Positions 1-14,880 of a stretch of 64,000 bases of DNA are shown piece by piece. The notes under the pieces were generated by a model. The model was not told the DNA's origin. It made no database searches and saw nothing but the letters and a program-made list of their open reading frames with translations. This stretch comes from Octopus vulgaris (Eukaryota): positions 31,186,001 through 31,250,000 of the forward strand of contig OX597834.1 of NCBI GenBank assembly GCA_951406725.2, in the 5' to 3' direction. Position 1 is the stretch's first letter. Every line of letters starts with the position of its first letter. A program made the translations under genes and the position numbers.

Positions 1-574
1 GAACTGAACTCAAGGTGTGTATGTATGTGTGTGATGAGAAAAAAACCTGTTCAGTCCAGTTCACACTTAGAGCCGTGTGAGAGAGACAGAGAGATCTTGT
101 CTATTTTGGTCTCCAATCCACAAAGCTCTTGTTTCTCACTTCTTAATCTATAACCGCAGTTATATAAATGATATATATATACATATATAATATATACACG
201 TACACACACATATATATACATATAAAACAGTTGTAGGGATTAAGAAGAGGACAGACATTTTACGAACTATTGTGAATATACGAAGTAACTTTATCTGCGT
301 ATTTTTGGGGTATTTATTGTGTTTTGCAAACTTTATAAAGTTTAAAGGTTGTATATATATATATCTTTGTTTGTTTGTACATATGTGTATGACTATGTAT
401 GTATGTATATATATTTGTGTATACATATTTATGAAACATGTGTCATTTTTGTTCAGTTTTTGCTGTATTTCTGTGTTCTTATTTCTTTATGTGAGTGTAT
501 ATATACATGTATATATAATCTGGTTGCCTATCACCCCAATCTATCAATCAAGGAATCATTTAATCAATCAATCA

Positions 575-616
<42 letters not shown>

Positions 617-917
617 CAAAATGAGAAAATGGAGAAATATATCTAAATCAATCATCAACCATCGGATAATACCCCCCTATCTAATTTTATAATATATATA
701 TATATATATTATAGAAATGGATTAATTTCTAGACAGGTATAAATATAAACACACCTATATGTGTGTGTGTGTGTATGTGTGTCTATATGTATGTATACAC
801 ACACACACACTTATCAATTTCTAGACAAGTAAAAACATAAACACACCTATATATATATATATGTCTGTCTTTCATTATATACCTATCAATGAATGAATCA
901 ATCAATTTACATATTGA

Positions 918-957
<40 letters not shown>

Positions 958-1208
958 ACATACATATATATAATCTATGGTGAAATATTAATCCTTGCAC
1001 ACTTTTTTCTCTTTTTTTTTACGTTCTCTTTCCATTTTTTTTTTTTACCTCTCAACCCTTTCCGCCAGAGAGTGTCAGCTCAAAACATCAAAGACTTTTC
1101 CATTCTACCAGAGCATGAAACTAATACACCTATTTTCTGTTCCCTCACCTGTCTTCATTTGTTTTCTATAAATTTGAACTACACACATACACACACACAC
1201 ACACACAC

Positions 1209-1249
<41 letters not shown>

Positions 1250-1709
1250 CCTGCATATCTCATGTCTGTTTTCATTCCTCCACTTCACTCTCTATTTCAT
1301 ATCTTCTCTAGAATTACTATTGCTTAACCATCTTCTTACACTGTCTCCAATGAAGGTATATATAAAATATCCCGGGAACAGCTATAAGTCCGTCTCTTTA
1401 TAAATGTTCTGAAATCTTTCACAGCCTTGGATTTTTATCTCATTCTGTTAATTTTTTATATATATATATATACACATACAGCAAGAGAGAGAGAGAGTAG
1501 TTATTTTCAGTCAATAGAACATATCCGAATACTGTTGTGTTTCTCTGAATAAAGTCTTTCTGTGTATGATATATATTTACATATAATGTGTGTGTGTGGT
1601 TTACGCCATAAGGAATTAGTAAATACGAGCCTTTGCCTTTTTCTATCTAAAGGGTTTTTTTTTAGCCTTAATGCTATTATTTATAGCTTTATCTACTCTG
1701 AATTCAATC

Positions 1710-1773
<64 letters not shown>

Positions 1774-1897
1774 CATACATACATACATACTTACACATAT
1801 ATATATATATATATATACACATACATACATACACATATATATATATATATACACATACATACATACACTTATATATATATACACATACATACATACA

Positions 1898-1933
<36 letters not shown>

Positions 1934-2641
1934 TATAATAAATGAAAAATGTATGGTAAATAAACAAACAACATAGCGTATGCTGAGTGTAAAACCACAC
2001 GGGAGACAAACACAAAATGTTCCTAATTCTTCACCAGTTATCAGCCAATTTGTAATACTCAGTTTTGCACCTTTAATGATAAGACTGAGAGCTTCGCAAT
2101 TGGTGGTGTCTGCAAACAAATTGCTTTTGTGAAGAATTCAGGGTTGAGAGCAAAGAAAAGAAAACGAAACAAAGCACAACGACAGAGAGTGTGATTTAGG
2201 ATGGTTGGACAAGGATGGACAGTGGAGCAAAATATAGCCTCAGGGCCAAGAAGACGCGAATATTGGGTAACGCTTAAAATGGCCTAAAGGATGGAGAGAC
2301 AGGGAATTTGCGACTGGTCATCTTGGGACCAGTGTAAGAAAGAAAGTGAAAGGGAAACTGGCTGCGGGTCCACATGACAGCAGCATGTATATCAACAATA
2401 ACAAATATTATTATGAAGGGGCATAACATTACCATTAATTCTTTTTATATGTACGGTTAAGGTAATATATTCAGAATTATCCAATAGAATATGACTCTAA
2501 ATTCTTGTGAAAATTTTGTTGGACAACCTATTTTTAAGACCTAACTGAGAGCAAACCGGTAAACGTTTGGCATTGTCCCTTACTATTTACGAATAAATAA
2601 ATAAATATATGTATGTATGTATGTACGTACGTACGTATGTA

Positions 2642-2754
2642 CTTAATAATTAGGGTTCAGCAAAGATTTGCTTTACCACATACCGAAGTTTAGAAATAGC
2701 AGCCAAAACCTTAGCTATTTCTTCTACTTTAAAAAGGGAACCCTAATTATTAAG
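2642..2754. mobile_element. Small MITE, Tc1/mariner-like (TA target duplication)
   Basis: Perfect inverted repeats TA-CTTAATAATTAGGGTTC (2640-2658) and GAACCCTAATTATTAAG-TA (2738-2756). Confidence 0.75.
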
Positions 2755-2856
2755 TATTACTTAAGTTTACCGTGAAATGGTCCTTTTTTTCATGCCGAAT
2801 TCTACTTGGTGAAATTATTGATTACTTCTTAATTAATTAATTTTACCCATTGTTAT

Positions 2857-2891
<35 letters not shown>

Positions 2892-2906
2892 ATATACATA
2901 TATATA

Positions 2907-3157
2907 TCATATGACCGACCAGGCTATTAGATGTTGTTATACATCACTGGTCACAATGTGCTTTGCATTGTTTTAGCTTTTGAATGATTCCACCTCACTG
3001 GCTAGGCGAGCAGGGTTTCCCATTTACAGCTCAGTGGGCTGGAGCAATGTGAAATAAAGTATTTTGATCAAAGATATAATGTTGAGGCATTCTGGGAATT
3101 GAAACCATTCTCTTACAATTGTGAGTGCAACACACCTAACCACTATGCCATGCGCCT
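2907..3157 (-). mobile_element. tRNA-derived SINE, family D
   Basis: Minus-strand tRNA-like head (TGGCATAGTGGTTAG...GGTTTCAATTCC) plus a ~110-bp tail. Other copies or tails at ~6955-7245(-), 20885-20990(+), 29732-29841(-), 42036-42287(+), 51110-51222(+). Confidence 0.7.
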
Positions 3158-3854
3158 TCACATGTATACACACACACATATGTATGTGTGTGTACGTATA
3201 TATATATATATATACACACACACACATAGATATGTATGTATATAAGTATATATATATGTGTATATAAATAATTTTTTGTGTATACATGTATTTGCATTGG
3301 TGTGTGTATATAATATATTCATATATATGTGTGTATGTATTTGTGTTTATGTTTACACTCATTCGATAAAATAAATACTGGACTTATGTTCAGATACCCT
3401 GTCTCCCCCACTCTTTGTTGGCAGTGCCCCAGCATGGCCACACTCCAATGACTGAAACCTGTAAAATATTCTGTTTGCCTAATACAGGGAATCCCCAAAA
3501 TCTGAATATAAAATTTCATTTACTTATTTTCCTATTGTTTTCTTTAGACCTTTTTTTATTTCCCCCTCCCTGTATATGTATGAGGGGGTGTTGAGAAGTT
3601 CCTGGCTTTGGGGAAAAGAAAATAGAAGAGGACTAATTTTGTTTTTAATTAGTATATCCCCTTCTCAGAGTCACACACTTATTGCAGCGGTCTTTCAGTT
3701 TTGTGTGTGTGAACATGTAATATGCATGTATAAATATATATATAAGCATATGTGTGCATGTATATATAAGTGTATACATGTGTGTGTTTGCGTATGTATA
3801 TGTATGCATGTATGTATGTGTGTGTATGTATATATATATATCTATAACTGAGAA

Positions 3855-4085
3855 GGCGATGAGCTGGCAGAAACGTTAGCACGCCGGGCGAAATGCATAG
3901 CCGTATTTCGTCTGCCGTTACGTTCCGAGTTCAAATTCCGCCGAGGTCGACTTTGCCTTTCATCCTTTCGGGGCCGATACAGAAAGTACCAGTTTCGCAC
4001 TGGGGGTCGATGTAATCGACCTAATCCTTCTGTCTGTCCTTATTTGTCCCCTCTGTGTATAGCCCCTTGTGGGTAATAAAGAAAC
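3855..4085 (+). mobile_element. tRNA-derived SINE, family B
   Basis: Head GAGCTGGCAGAAACGTTAG...GAGTTCAAATTCC (A/B-box-like), central GCCTTT-ATCCTTTCGGGG motif, A-rich end. Multiple copies in the window. Confidence 0.85.
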
Positions 4086-5544
4086 ATATATATCTATAAC
4101 TGCATATAAGCATTTATATGTGTGTATACACGTGTATATGTGCGCTTGCATGTGCATGTATACTTTTGAAATATCAAACATGAATATTTAATCCCCGGGA
4201 TTGTTCCAGTTTTACATGTAAACCCATCAGCTTGTTACAACAGCAAATCCTGCTTCTTTTAACGAGAGCACACACACACACACACATTACATATATTGTC
4301 TTTTTTTTGTTGATTTCTTTTTTTTTTTTTTTATAGGTAGATTAATTAGATTTATTCATTGAAGCAGAAATTAAGACCGCAATTAACCAAATCAGATGTT
4401 TTTTATTTTATTTTATTTTATTTTATTTTATGTTATATTTTTTCGTTCTGTAACTGCAGAATTCATTGACACTTAACTGTTTCAAACTGATGTTTAATAT
4501 AGTCGTGATGTTGTTGTCGTTGTCGTTGTTGTTGTTGTTGTTGTTGTTTGCATTATTCCACCTTTCAACCTGTTGATAATCAATTTGAGTATTCGAGACT
4601 TGTTGTTGTTGTTGTTGCTGCTGTTGTTGTTTGGCCCTAGTCATCATTGCATAATCACACTTTTTGACCTGTAGATAAATAAACCAATCACATTTATTGG
4701 AGCCAGTTCTAAACCCCGTAGCGTAGCTGTGTGCGTGTGTGTGTGTTAAGCAAATGAGTGGGTGGCAGTCTACCCCCAGGAGATGCTTTTAGTGGGTGGC
4801 ACCTTTGAGTTTGCTGTATAAACCTGTATAGAAGTGGAGGGCCTGGATGGGAGAGGGTGAGAGGGTTGCAAATTCAAGGGCCAACTGGAGTGGCACACAC
4901 TCTGGCTGTGCCACTGTCTAAAACTGGTAAATTGGCGCAAGTGTTGTAAAAGCATCAAATAAAAATGTCATGCCTTTTGGTATTTATTCTGGTTCTTTAT
5001 TGTCAAAGTTCACATCCCACTGGCTTCATCAAATTTGCAAGACATTCATCCTTTCATGACAGATCGACACCAGCTCAGGCCCTGAGGCTGATAGATTGAC
5101 AAATCATGTCGTTAGAGTTATGGACGACATTACATGCCTCGTTGGTATTTGTTCTGGCTCTTTATGTTGTGAGTTCAGAGTTCAAATTACACTAGGGATG
5201 TGAGTCCTGTTGGTAGCCAAGACTAATCACCTAAAATCACCATTGATTATAAAAATTGCAATGGGTGAAGGAGGAGGAGGGGGAAGATGGTGATCAGCTT
5301 CTCCTTCAGTTCAGTGATGATGATGATGATGATAATGATGATAATGATTAAGTCAGAGGTTTAGTTTGAGATTTTATATATATTATGTTTTTTATATATC
5401 ATATATATTATATATCTATCTTCTGTATATACTATACATAAACTGCATTGTATATATTACATATAACATATGAACCATAGGTATAACAGTATATTTTGTC
5501 AGTATTTATGTTGTGTATGTGTATGTATGTACGTATATATATGA

Positions 5545-5586
<42 letters not shown>

Positions 5587-5999
5587 ACATATATACACAC
5601 CTCACAATATACAGCCAACCAAATATGTATTTCCCCTCCCCCTCCCCTGTTCATAAACACACAGTGTGCCTTCTCCACAGTTACCCTCCATACATAACCA
5701 TCACTTGTACACCCCTTTATACCCACCACCCACATATGTGAACTATCCTGCTCCCCCACCCCTCAGTCTGACACTGTACTCTGTTTCTTCAAATGCACTT
5801 CCCACCCCCACCATGTCACCACACACCCAACTCTATAAGGAAGCCCAACATCCTTAATTAAAATTTTATTTCATGAAAATAAATAAATACGTGTTTGTGT
5901 GACACACACACACACTTGTGTGCATGTATACATACTTTCATACATTTACATACATACATATATATATATAATATAATATATATATATATATAATGTATA

Positions 6000-6036
<37 letters not shown>

Positions 6037-6075
6037 GTATAAGATATATATATATATATATATATATAATGTATA

Positions 6076-6182
<107 letters not shown>

Positions 6183-6344
6183 ATATATATATATATATAT
6201 ATGCACACACAGACGATTGATTACATTACATTATTTAATAAAGTATAATGAGTTTCATGTATGTATGTGTATATACGTATGTATGTGTATATACATATGT
6301 ATGTGTGGAGAGAGGAGATTAGTGTGGGTAGGAGAAAGGAAGAG

Positions 6345-6397
<53 letters not shown>

Positions 6398-7276
6398 TGC
6401 TTGTGTTTGTTTTACAACACTTGCTTTTGACTTGTCCACATCCTCATGACTTTGTGGTTCAACAAAAGAGAACCTAATTGATTAGCTACCAGACTTAAAA
6501 TGTATACTAGGATTGATTTGATAGGCTCATCTGTTCAGCATGGTGCTCCAGCATGGGCGCAGTCCAGTGACTGAGGCAGAGGGCAAAAAAAGAAGTAAGA
6601 CTCACTAAAACTCATACTTCACTTTGAAAGATCATAAGAAGAGCTTTCAGCCCTTCCTCAACTTATTAACTCAATCAAAGCAAATATTATTATTGGTAAA
6701 TACATTGTAGATAGTATAATTGTATATGTTATCTCCTCACTAAGCCATGTGGAATAGTATTGATTGTGTGATTTTACTGGGTTAAAATCCAAAGCAGTCA
6801 AGGGAGATCATAGATTCATCCAGGGATTACTCTCCTATTTCTGGTTACCTCCTCTTGATGGAAGTCTGGCAACCTCACAAAAATTATCTCAAATATTTCT
6901 ACTTCTGAAACTATTATTGTTCTATACACAAACAAATCCTTTTTACTCTAAGATCATGTGATTGACCTGAGTATCAGATGTTATATATCACTGGTCACAC
7001 TGCGCTTTACATTGTTTTTAGCTTTCGAACGATGCCACTGCACTGGCTCGGTGAGCAAGCCAACGTTACCCCGCATTGGAAAGCTAGTCCATTGCAGTGT
7101 TCTCCATGTACTGCTGAATGAACTGAAGAAATGTGAAATGGTGTGTTTTGCTCAAGCCCACAATGTACCTCGAGGTTCAGGAAATGAACTCATGATCTAG
7201 TGGTTGTGAGGGCAATACTCTAACCACTAGCTCATGCATTTTCACATGATAATTATCTTTACTCTTTTTTTTTTTT

Positions 7277-7648
7277 TACTCTTTTACTTGTTTCAGTCAT
7301 TTGACTGCAGCCATGCTGGAGCACCGCCTTTAGTCAAGGAAATCGACCCCGGGACTTATTCTTAGTAAGCCCAGTACTTATTCTATCGGTATCTTTTGCC
7401 GAACCACTAAGTGACGGGGACGTAAACACACCAGCATCGGTTGTCAAGCAATGCTAGGGGGACAAACACAGACACACAAACGCACACAAGGCTTCTTTCA
7501 GTTTCCGTCTACCAAATCCACTGACAAGGCGTTGGTCGGCCTGGGGCTATAGCAGAAGACACTTGCCCAAGATGCCACGCAGTGGGACTGAACCCGGAAC
7601 CATGTGGTTGGTAGGCAAGCTACTTACCACACAGCCACTTCTGCACCT
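7277..7648 (-). mobile_element. tRNA-derived SINE, family A (CORE-like)
   Basis: Reverse complement of the element at 17153-17545 and 39927-40337. Confidence 0.85.
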
Positions 7649-7856
7649 ATCTAAAACACATTTTAATCTTTTATTTCAGTATGGGATCAAATGATTCAGC
7701 TGAAGCTAGTGACATATCCTAAGAATCTACATTCCAAATTTCCCTGTATCTTCAGAGGATTTTACTGAGATGATAGTTAACTAAGCCTCTGTATTATCAG
7801 TAATTACAGCTTGAGAGAGTGGGGGAGACTAACCTTAGTCAAAAGACTAACCTTAA

Positions 7857-8076
7857 CCCTTTCGATACCAACCCGGCTGAAACCGGCTCTGGCTCTGAGT
7901 ACAAATGTCTTGTTTTCATAAGTTTTGAATTAAAATCTTCCACCAAGCCTTAGTCACAATTTATGTTCCTAACACTAGCTGAATGATAACTAAGTTATTT
8001 TACTAAATTCCATGATATATTTAAAGTAATTGAAGGAAACACAGAGCATCTCAAAATAAATACGGTAATCAAAGGG
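7857..8076. mobile_element. piggyBac-type MITE
   Basis: TTAA|CCCTTTCGATACC ... GGTAATCAAAGGG|TTAA, with TTAA duplicated at 7853-7856 and 8077-8080. Decayed relatives at ~20700-20830 and 55660-56190. Confidence 0.8.
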
Positions 8077-8369
8077 TTAACGTTCTTCAGTCCACTCTTA
8101 ACCTTTCAACCGTAAATATTTCTTTAGTTTCCCTTTTAAGGAATCTTCATTCACAGATTCTGAATAACTACAAGGATGTATTTGTATGATGGGAATTCTC
8201 CTTACATGGTGTGTGTGTGTGTGTGTGTGTCACCAGGAAGAGCATCCAGCTTTGTAAGCCCTGCCTCTGCTGATGTTGAGGGCCTGATTCGGCTCTGCAA
8301 TCTTGTCAAACCATCAAACCCATGATTCTTGCCAGCATGGAAAATGGATCTTAAATGATGAGGATACTC

Positions 8370-9130
8370 TGTATGTGTGTATAATATACATACATATATG
8401 TGCATATGTATGTGCGTATAATATATATACAAATATCTGCGTATGTATGTGTGTATAATATACATACATATATGTGCATATGTATGTGTGTATAATATAC
8501 ATACATATATGTGCATATGTATGTGTGTATAATATACATACATATATGTGCATATGTATGTTTGTATAATATACATACATATATGTGCATATGTATGTGT
8601 GTATAATATACATACATATATGTGCGTGTGTATGTGCGTATAATATACATACATATATGTGCATATGTATGTGTGTATAATATACATACATATATGTGCG
8701 TATGTATGTGTATAATATACATGCATATATGTGCGTATGTATGTGCGTATAATATACATACATATATGTGCGTATGTATGCGTGTATAATATACATACAT
8801 ATATGTGCGTATGTATGTGTGTATAATATACATACATATATGTGCGTATGTATGTGTGTATAATATACATACATATATGTGCGTATGTATGTGCGTATAA
8901 TATACATACATATATGTGCGTATGTATGTGTGTATGTATGTGTGTATAATATACATACATATATGTGCGTATGTATGTGTGTATAATATACATACATATA
9001 TGTGCGTATGTATGTGTGTATAATATACATACATATATGTGTGTATGTATGTGTGTATAATATACATACATATATGTGCGTATGTATGTGTTTATAATAT
9101 ACATACATATATGTGCATATGTATGTGTGT
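8370..9130. repeat. 37-bp minisatellite, about 20 copies
   Basis: Unit TATAATATACATACATATATGTGCGTATGTATGTGTG. It explains the long repetitive minus-strand ORFs at 8202-9152. Confidence 0.9.
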
Positions 9131-9954
9131 GTACATACAGACACACACACATTCTGTCAATGCCAGTTGAATTCCACTTTCTGCCCAGGGTGTCATACAG
9201 TGGGGATTGAACCTAGAACTATTGCTGTTGCAAAGCAAACTTCTTAACCATTCCCACACACGCATACGCATATTCATTATTCATGTATGGTGTAGTATTT
9301 CAACATTATATGAAATGATTCATTGAATCATTAAAATATCTTGGCCTACATTTATGTACAATTGTTTTGCATCATGTCTGTCCGTCTGTCTCTCTCTCTC
9401 TCACACACACACACACATGCACACGTGCACACACACAAACATTTATTTACTTTCCTTCCTGCCTTCCATCCCTCCTTAATAAATGAAATACAAGCAAGCA
9501 TTAACTGAGCAAACTCATTAAATAATGTACAATTAAAGTTTATTTTAAAAGTCTGGTATTAACGTCAAAGTTTTGCAAATATTGGTTTACCTACAGAGAC
9601 ACAAAATGAGAAACTATACATATGTATATATATATGTATATTACTCTTTTATTTGTTTCAGTCCTTTGACTGTGACCATGCTGGTGCACTGCCTTATAGT
9701 CAAAGAAATCAACCCCAGGACTTATTCTTTGTAAGCCTGGTATTTATTCTGTTAGTCTCTTTTGCCAAACAGCTACGTTACAAGGATGTAGACACGCCAA
9801 CATCGGTTGTCAAGCAATGGTGGGGGACAAACACAGACACAAACACACAAATCATCATCATCATTATCATAATATGCTAGCATGGGTTGGATATATATAT
9901 ATATATATACGATGGGCTTCTTTCAGTTTCCGTCTACCAAATCCACTTACAAGG

Positions 9955-10395
9955 CTGGATGCCCTTCATAATGCCAACCACTCCAAGAGTGTAATGGGTG
10001 CTTTTACATGCCACCGGCATGGGTGCACTTGGTTTGACGGGTCCTCTCAATCACAGCGTATCACCAAAGGTCTCGGTCACCAATCATTGCCTCTGTGAGG
10101 CTCAAATTTCGAAGATCATTCTTCATCACCTTGTCCCATGTCTTGGGTCTACCTCTACCACAAGTTCCCTCCACAGAGATTGGCACTTCTTTACACAGCT
10201 GTCCTCATCCATATTCATCACATGACCATACCAGCACAGTTGTCTTTCTTGCACACCACATCTGATGCCTCTTGTGCCTAACTTTTCTCTCTGTCAAACA
10301 TGCAGACACTGCACATACAGCAAAGCATACTGGTTTCATCTTTTTTGAAGCCTACACATGTCCTCGGCTGTCTCAGCCCATGTTTCACTGCCCTG
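9955..10395 (-). mobile_element. RTE-clade LINE 3' fragment (ORF C-terminus plus part of 3' UTR), degenerate
   Basis: Minus strand reads RGIRCGVQERQLCWYGHVMNMDEDSCVKKC, matching the RTE C-terminal R.L.W.GHV.RM motif. It continues into the GGTGGCATGTAAAAGCACCC...GAAGGGCATCCAGCC tail shared with 14010-14250, 25628-25905 and 40825-41090. Confidence 0.8.
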
Positions 10396-10399
10396 CAGC

Positions 10400-10436
<37 letters not shown>

Positions 10437-10456
10437 AACACACACACACACACACA

Positions 10457-10670
10457 ATCATCATCATTGTTCGACCGTGGTCGAGACAATGGAAATTACC
10501 ATGCTACGCCAGACTTCACAGTCCATCATAGCATTACGGAGGTCCTGTTGCTGGATGCCTGTATCCCTGGAGATTACATCAGGGTAGGGGAGTGTGCACC
10601 CTCTGGTATTGCGAGTAGATGGCTTCCAGAGGAGAAGAGTAGAAATTGCCTCGTTTTCAGCTCTACAACA
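10457..10670 (-). mobile_element. Second RTE-like LINE 3' end
   Basis: Translates CCRAENEAISTLLLWKPSTRNTRGCTLPYPDVISRDTGIQQQDLRNAMMDCEVWRSMV..., resembling RTE-type C-termini. Ends in a stem-loop and a (TGA)n tail. Confidence 0.6.
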
Positions 10671-10692
10671 AACAAACACACACACACACATG

Positions 10693-10732
<40 letters not shown>

Positions 10733-11175
10733 CATGCCAGCTCGCCACCATATATACATATATACATATAGTTTACTGTAACTTAATTTGTAGGATCAGT
10801 AGGGAAAAGTATGTCATTTAGTGAAAGACAATCATTTAATATATTCAGTTTTTAATTCTGAACTCCTAATAATTTCATGCTGTGGAAACAGAATAATCCC
10901 TAAGATTTACATATCATGCCTTGTGACTGCGAGAAGTCTCTCAAGCTTGGATACACAACATGGCTGGTTGAGCTGGGAGAATTGCTTGCAGACACAAGGC
11001 ATGATATAGAAATCTACTGGATTATTGTGCTTCCACAGCATGAAACTATTAGCTTCTCATATTTATATACTGTGTATATTAAATGACACACACACACACA
11101 CACACGCACACACACACACGCACACACAGGAATCTAAATCGTAGGAGACAGACACACAATTTCACTTTTATATAT

Positions 11176-11229
<54 letters not shown>

Positions 11230-12594
11230 ACATACATACACAACACAACACACACAGACACACACACACATATATATATACATACATACATACGCACACA
11301 ACACACACACACACACACAACACACACAACACACACAACACAACACACACACACACACACACAACACACACGCACACAACACAACACACACACACACACA
11401 CAACACACACACACACACACACACACATGTATTCATCTACTTTTGTATCTATCTATCTGCCCTTTTTATCTGTCAATCTATCCATCTACCTACCTATCTA
11501 TATTTCCTTCTCTCCTTTCGCCATTTCCTCTATCTGTAAGTGTGTGGGTGTGTGTGCATATATATATATATGTTTCTGCATATATGTATGCTCCCCTCCC
11601 CCACCCGCCATCTCTGCTATACTCCATCCTTAATACTTCGCTTATCTGCAATCACTCTCGGTGCCTTCACATATCCATCATAACCCCTCTCAGCCACTCC
11701 TGTATCTCCAACCATCTCTCTTCACACTCTTATGAAACTCCCCCACACTATCCTCCACCTGCCCACTCACTCTGCCCAATCCTCTGTACCACTTCACTTA
11801 AATTCCCCCCCCCCCATCTCTCCACTGTTCCTTGAAGGTATGTCCCTCCACCACCACCACCATCTCCCTTCTCCCAAACTAGAGTAAGCATGTATCCCTT
11901 CTATAGCAAGGCTCTTTTTTTATCCCTATCCCTCTCTTATACTTTAATCTTTCATGCACTACCCTCTGAGTGATTGGCATTAGGAAGGGCATCCAGTTGT
12001 AGAAACCTTGCCAGATCAGATTATGTTCTGGCTTGCCATTCATCAGTCAAGCCATACAACCCATGCCAGCATGGAAAGTGGACATTAAACAACAATGATG
12101 ATGATGATATATAATAGCAGTGCTTTCAAAGCCACTGACCTGATGTCATGCAAAAACATAGATATTACTGTGTCATGTTTATATAATATTTCTAAAATAA
12201 TATAATTTGAACAAGTCAGCAACTAACGGATGTTGCTTCTGCAGGAAACAACTGTTTTGATTTGGATTAGAGCCTGTCCATTCAGGAAGGGCACCCAGCT
12301 GTAGAAGCCATGACAGAGCAGAAAGTAGAGCCTGGTGCAATCCTCTGGGATGTTAAATGGTAATGATGAAGATGATGTATCATTAGTGTTGACCTCCAAG
12401 CTATGCTGTACCGAAAGTGGGGATTGAACTTGTTATACCAAGCTAACTAACCACTTGTCAATTCTTGAGAGACCTACACACACAAATTCACTCTCTCACA
12501 TGCACGCATACGCACGCGCATGCACAAATCAATGCTCATGCTCATATGCACACTGGCTCACTCACATCTCAATGTACACTCGTATATATATATG

Positions 12595-12957
12595 TGCAGG
12601 AGTGGCTGTATGGTTAGTAGTTTGCTCACCAACCACATGGTTCCGGGTTCAGTCCCACTGCGTGGCATCTTGGGCAAATGTCTTCTAATATAGCCTCGGT
12701 CCGACCAAAGCCTTGTGAGTGGATTTGGTAGACGGAAACTGAAAGAAGCCCAACGTATATATGTATATATATGTATGTGTGTGTATATCTTTGTGTGTCT
12801 GTGTTTACGTCCCCGTAACTTAGCAGTTCGGCAAAAGAGACTGATAGAATAAGTACTGGGCTTAGAAAGAATAAGTCCAGGAGTCGACTTGCTCAACTAA
12901 AGGCGGTGCTCCAGCATGGCCGCAGTCAAATGACTGAAACAAGTAAAAGAGTAAAGA
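12595..12957 (+). mobile_element. tRNA-derived SINE, family A
   Basis: A-box-like GTGGCTGTATGG, B-box-like GGTTCAGTCCC, core CTTGGGCAAATG, internal (TA)/(TG) tract, tail GACTGAAACAAGTAAAAG. Confidence 0.85.
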
Positions 12958-13706
12958 GTGTGTGTGTGTGTGTGTGCGCGCGTGTGCCTTGAAATTAACG
13001 TGCAAGTGGTTGAGTACACCATGGACATGCGTACCCTTAACGTAGTTCTCAGAGAGATTCAGCATGAATGTGACATGGCTGTCCCCTTTCAGTTAGAAAT
13101 GCAATTCATTTTTACCAGCTGAGTGGACAGGAGCAACGTGAAGTAAAGTGTCTTGCTTAAGGACATGATGCGCTGCTGGGAATTGAACTCCTCACCTTAC
13201 TGTTGCGAGCTGAATACCCTATCCACTAAACCATGCACATTCACACACACACACATATACACACTCATAAATAGCTCACCACACATAAATATATATACAT
13301 AATTAGACGTGTGTGTATGTGTGTGTGTGTGTGTGTGTATGTGTGTGTGTGTGTGTGCTGGTATTTGTTTGCATACATACATGAGCACACTCAGAGGGCA
13401 ACCACCTTTATTAATGCTTCAGCTTCCGCTCTCTTCTTGTTGTTGTTATTGCTGTTGTTTTTTTTTTGTTTTTGTTTTTATCTCTTATTAACTCTTCTTT
13501 TAACCATTTCCTACCCACCCACCCCACACACACACACACACGCTCTCTCCTATCTCTTTATTCAGACCTCAGCTACTTGCCAACTGCAAAGTTCTATCTT
13601 CCACTTCTTGACTTCTCATTTTATTTACTTGTGGTGCAAATGTGGGGTGGATTATCATTATCATTATTATTTTTATTATTATCATTATTTTTATTATTAT
13701 TATTGC

Positions 13707-13755
<49 letters not shown>

Positions 13756-14009
13756 GTTATTATTATTATGGCAGTGAGCTGGCAGAATCATCAGTGCACT
13801 GGGCGAAATGCTTAGCAATATTTCGCCCAACACTATGTTCTGAGTTCAAATTCTGCCAAGGTCAGCTTTACCTTTCATCCTTTCGGGGGTCAATAAAATA
13901 ATTACCAGTTGAACACTGGGTTCAATGCAGTCGACTCATCTCTTCCCCAAAAATTGCTGCCCTTGTGGCTAAATTTGAAACCATTATTATTATTATTATT
14001 ATTATTATT

Positions 14010-14247
14010 TCGCCTGGCCCCCGTGCCGGTGGCACGTAAAAAGCACCATCCGTCCGTGGCCGTTTGCCAGCTCCGTCTGGCACCTGTGCGGGTGGCACAT
14101 AAAAAGCACTCACGAAGTGGTTGGCATTAGGAAGGGCATCCAGCCGTAGAAACACTGCCAGATCAGACTGGGCCTGATGCAGCCTTCTGGCTTCACAGAC
14201 CCCAGTTGAACCGTCCAACCCATGCTAGCATGGAAAGCGGATGCTAA

Positions 14248-14310
<63 letters not shown>
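14010..14310 (+). mobile_element. RTE LINE 3' UTR remnant (family C) with (GAT)n tail
   Basis: About two ~62-bp internal units, then GGAAGGGCATCCAGCCGTAGAAAC...GGATGCTAAA(TGA)n. Matches the sequence downstream of the RTE ORF at 9955-10030. Confidence 0.75.
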
Positions 14311-14317
14311 GTTGTTG

Positions 14318-14880
14318 TTGAGTGAAAGAGCAGTGTGTACTATCAAAGTGACACTGGGGTATAATTATATAAAGCCCAATATACCCACCATGACTACCCG
14401 TCTGATAAGAGTACACCAGGCACATGCATCACAACCGTATACATGTGACATGGTGATCTCATATCAAGATCAACAGCACATGACCTTGCAGGTAGGGCCC
14501 CAGTTAGAATATTCTTCGGCTCAAGTAGCCCATCCCACTCAAAAGGACCCTGAATAAGGGTTGTTTAAGGATGTCGAACGAAACACTCATGTTTCCAAAG
14601 GTGAATTATGCAAACCCCAAAGAATCCTTCTCAACACATGGCTATGATGCTCCCCCACTGCTTCTGCTCGTGATCAGAGATGCGCATATCGTCAGCCACT
14701 AAGGGACATGATCAACTGATTAAGGTCAAACAACGGACAAGCAAATCTGTAGTATTGAGCAGAATATTTGCTGGAGCCCAACTTTTATACTAAGACAAAA
14801 CAATGGACATGATGACACTTCCATTTAGTTAAGATGGGAAGCCAGGAGAGCCACTGCCCTGATGTTGCATCAGGACATTT
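14318..14880 (-). mobile_element. Unclassified ~550-bp interspersed repeat embedded in (AAT)n/(AAC)n
   Basis: Reverse-complement match to 24432-24845 and 59046-59555. All copies are flanked by trinucleotide microsatellite. No TIRs or protein motif seen. Confidence 0.8.

Noticed and set aside
8202-9152. 316-aa ORF, the longest in the track
   Set aside because: Stop-free reading of a 37-bp minisatellite. All three minus frames are open and cycle the same peptide.
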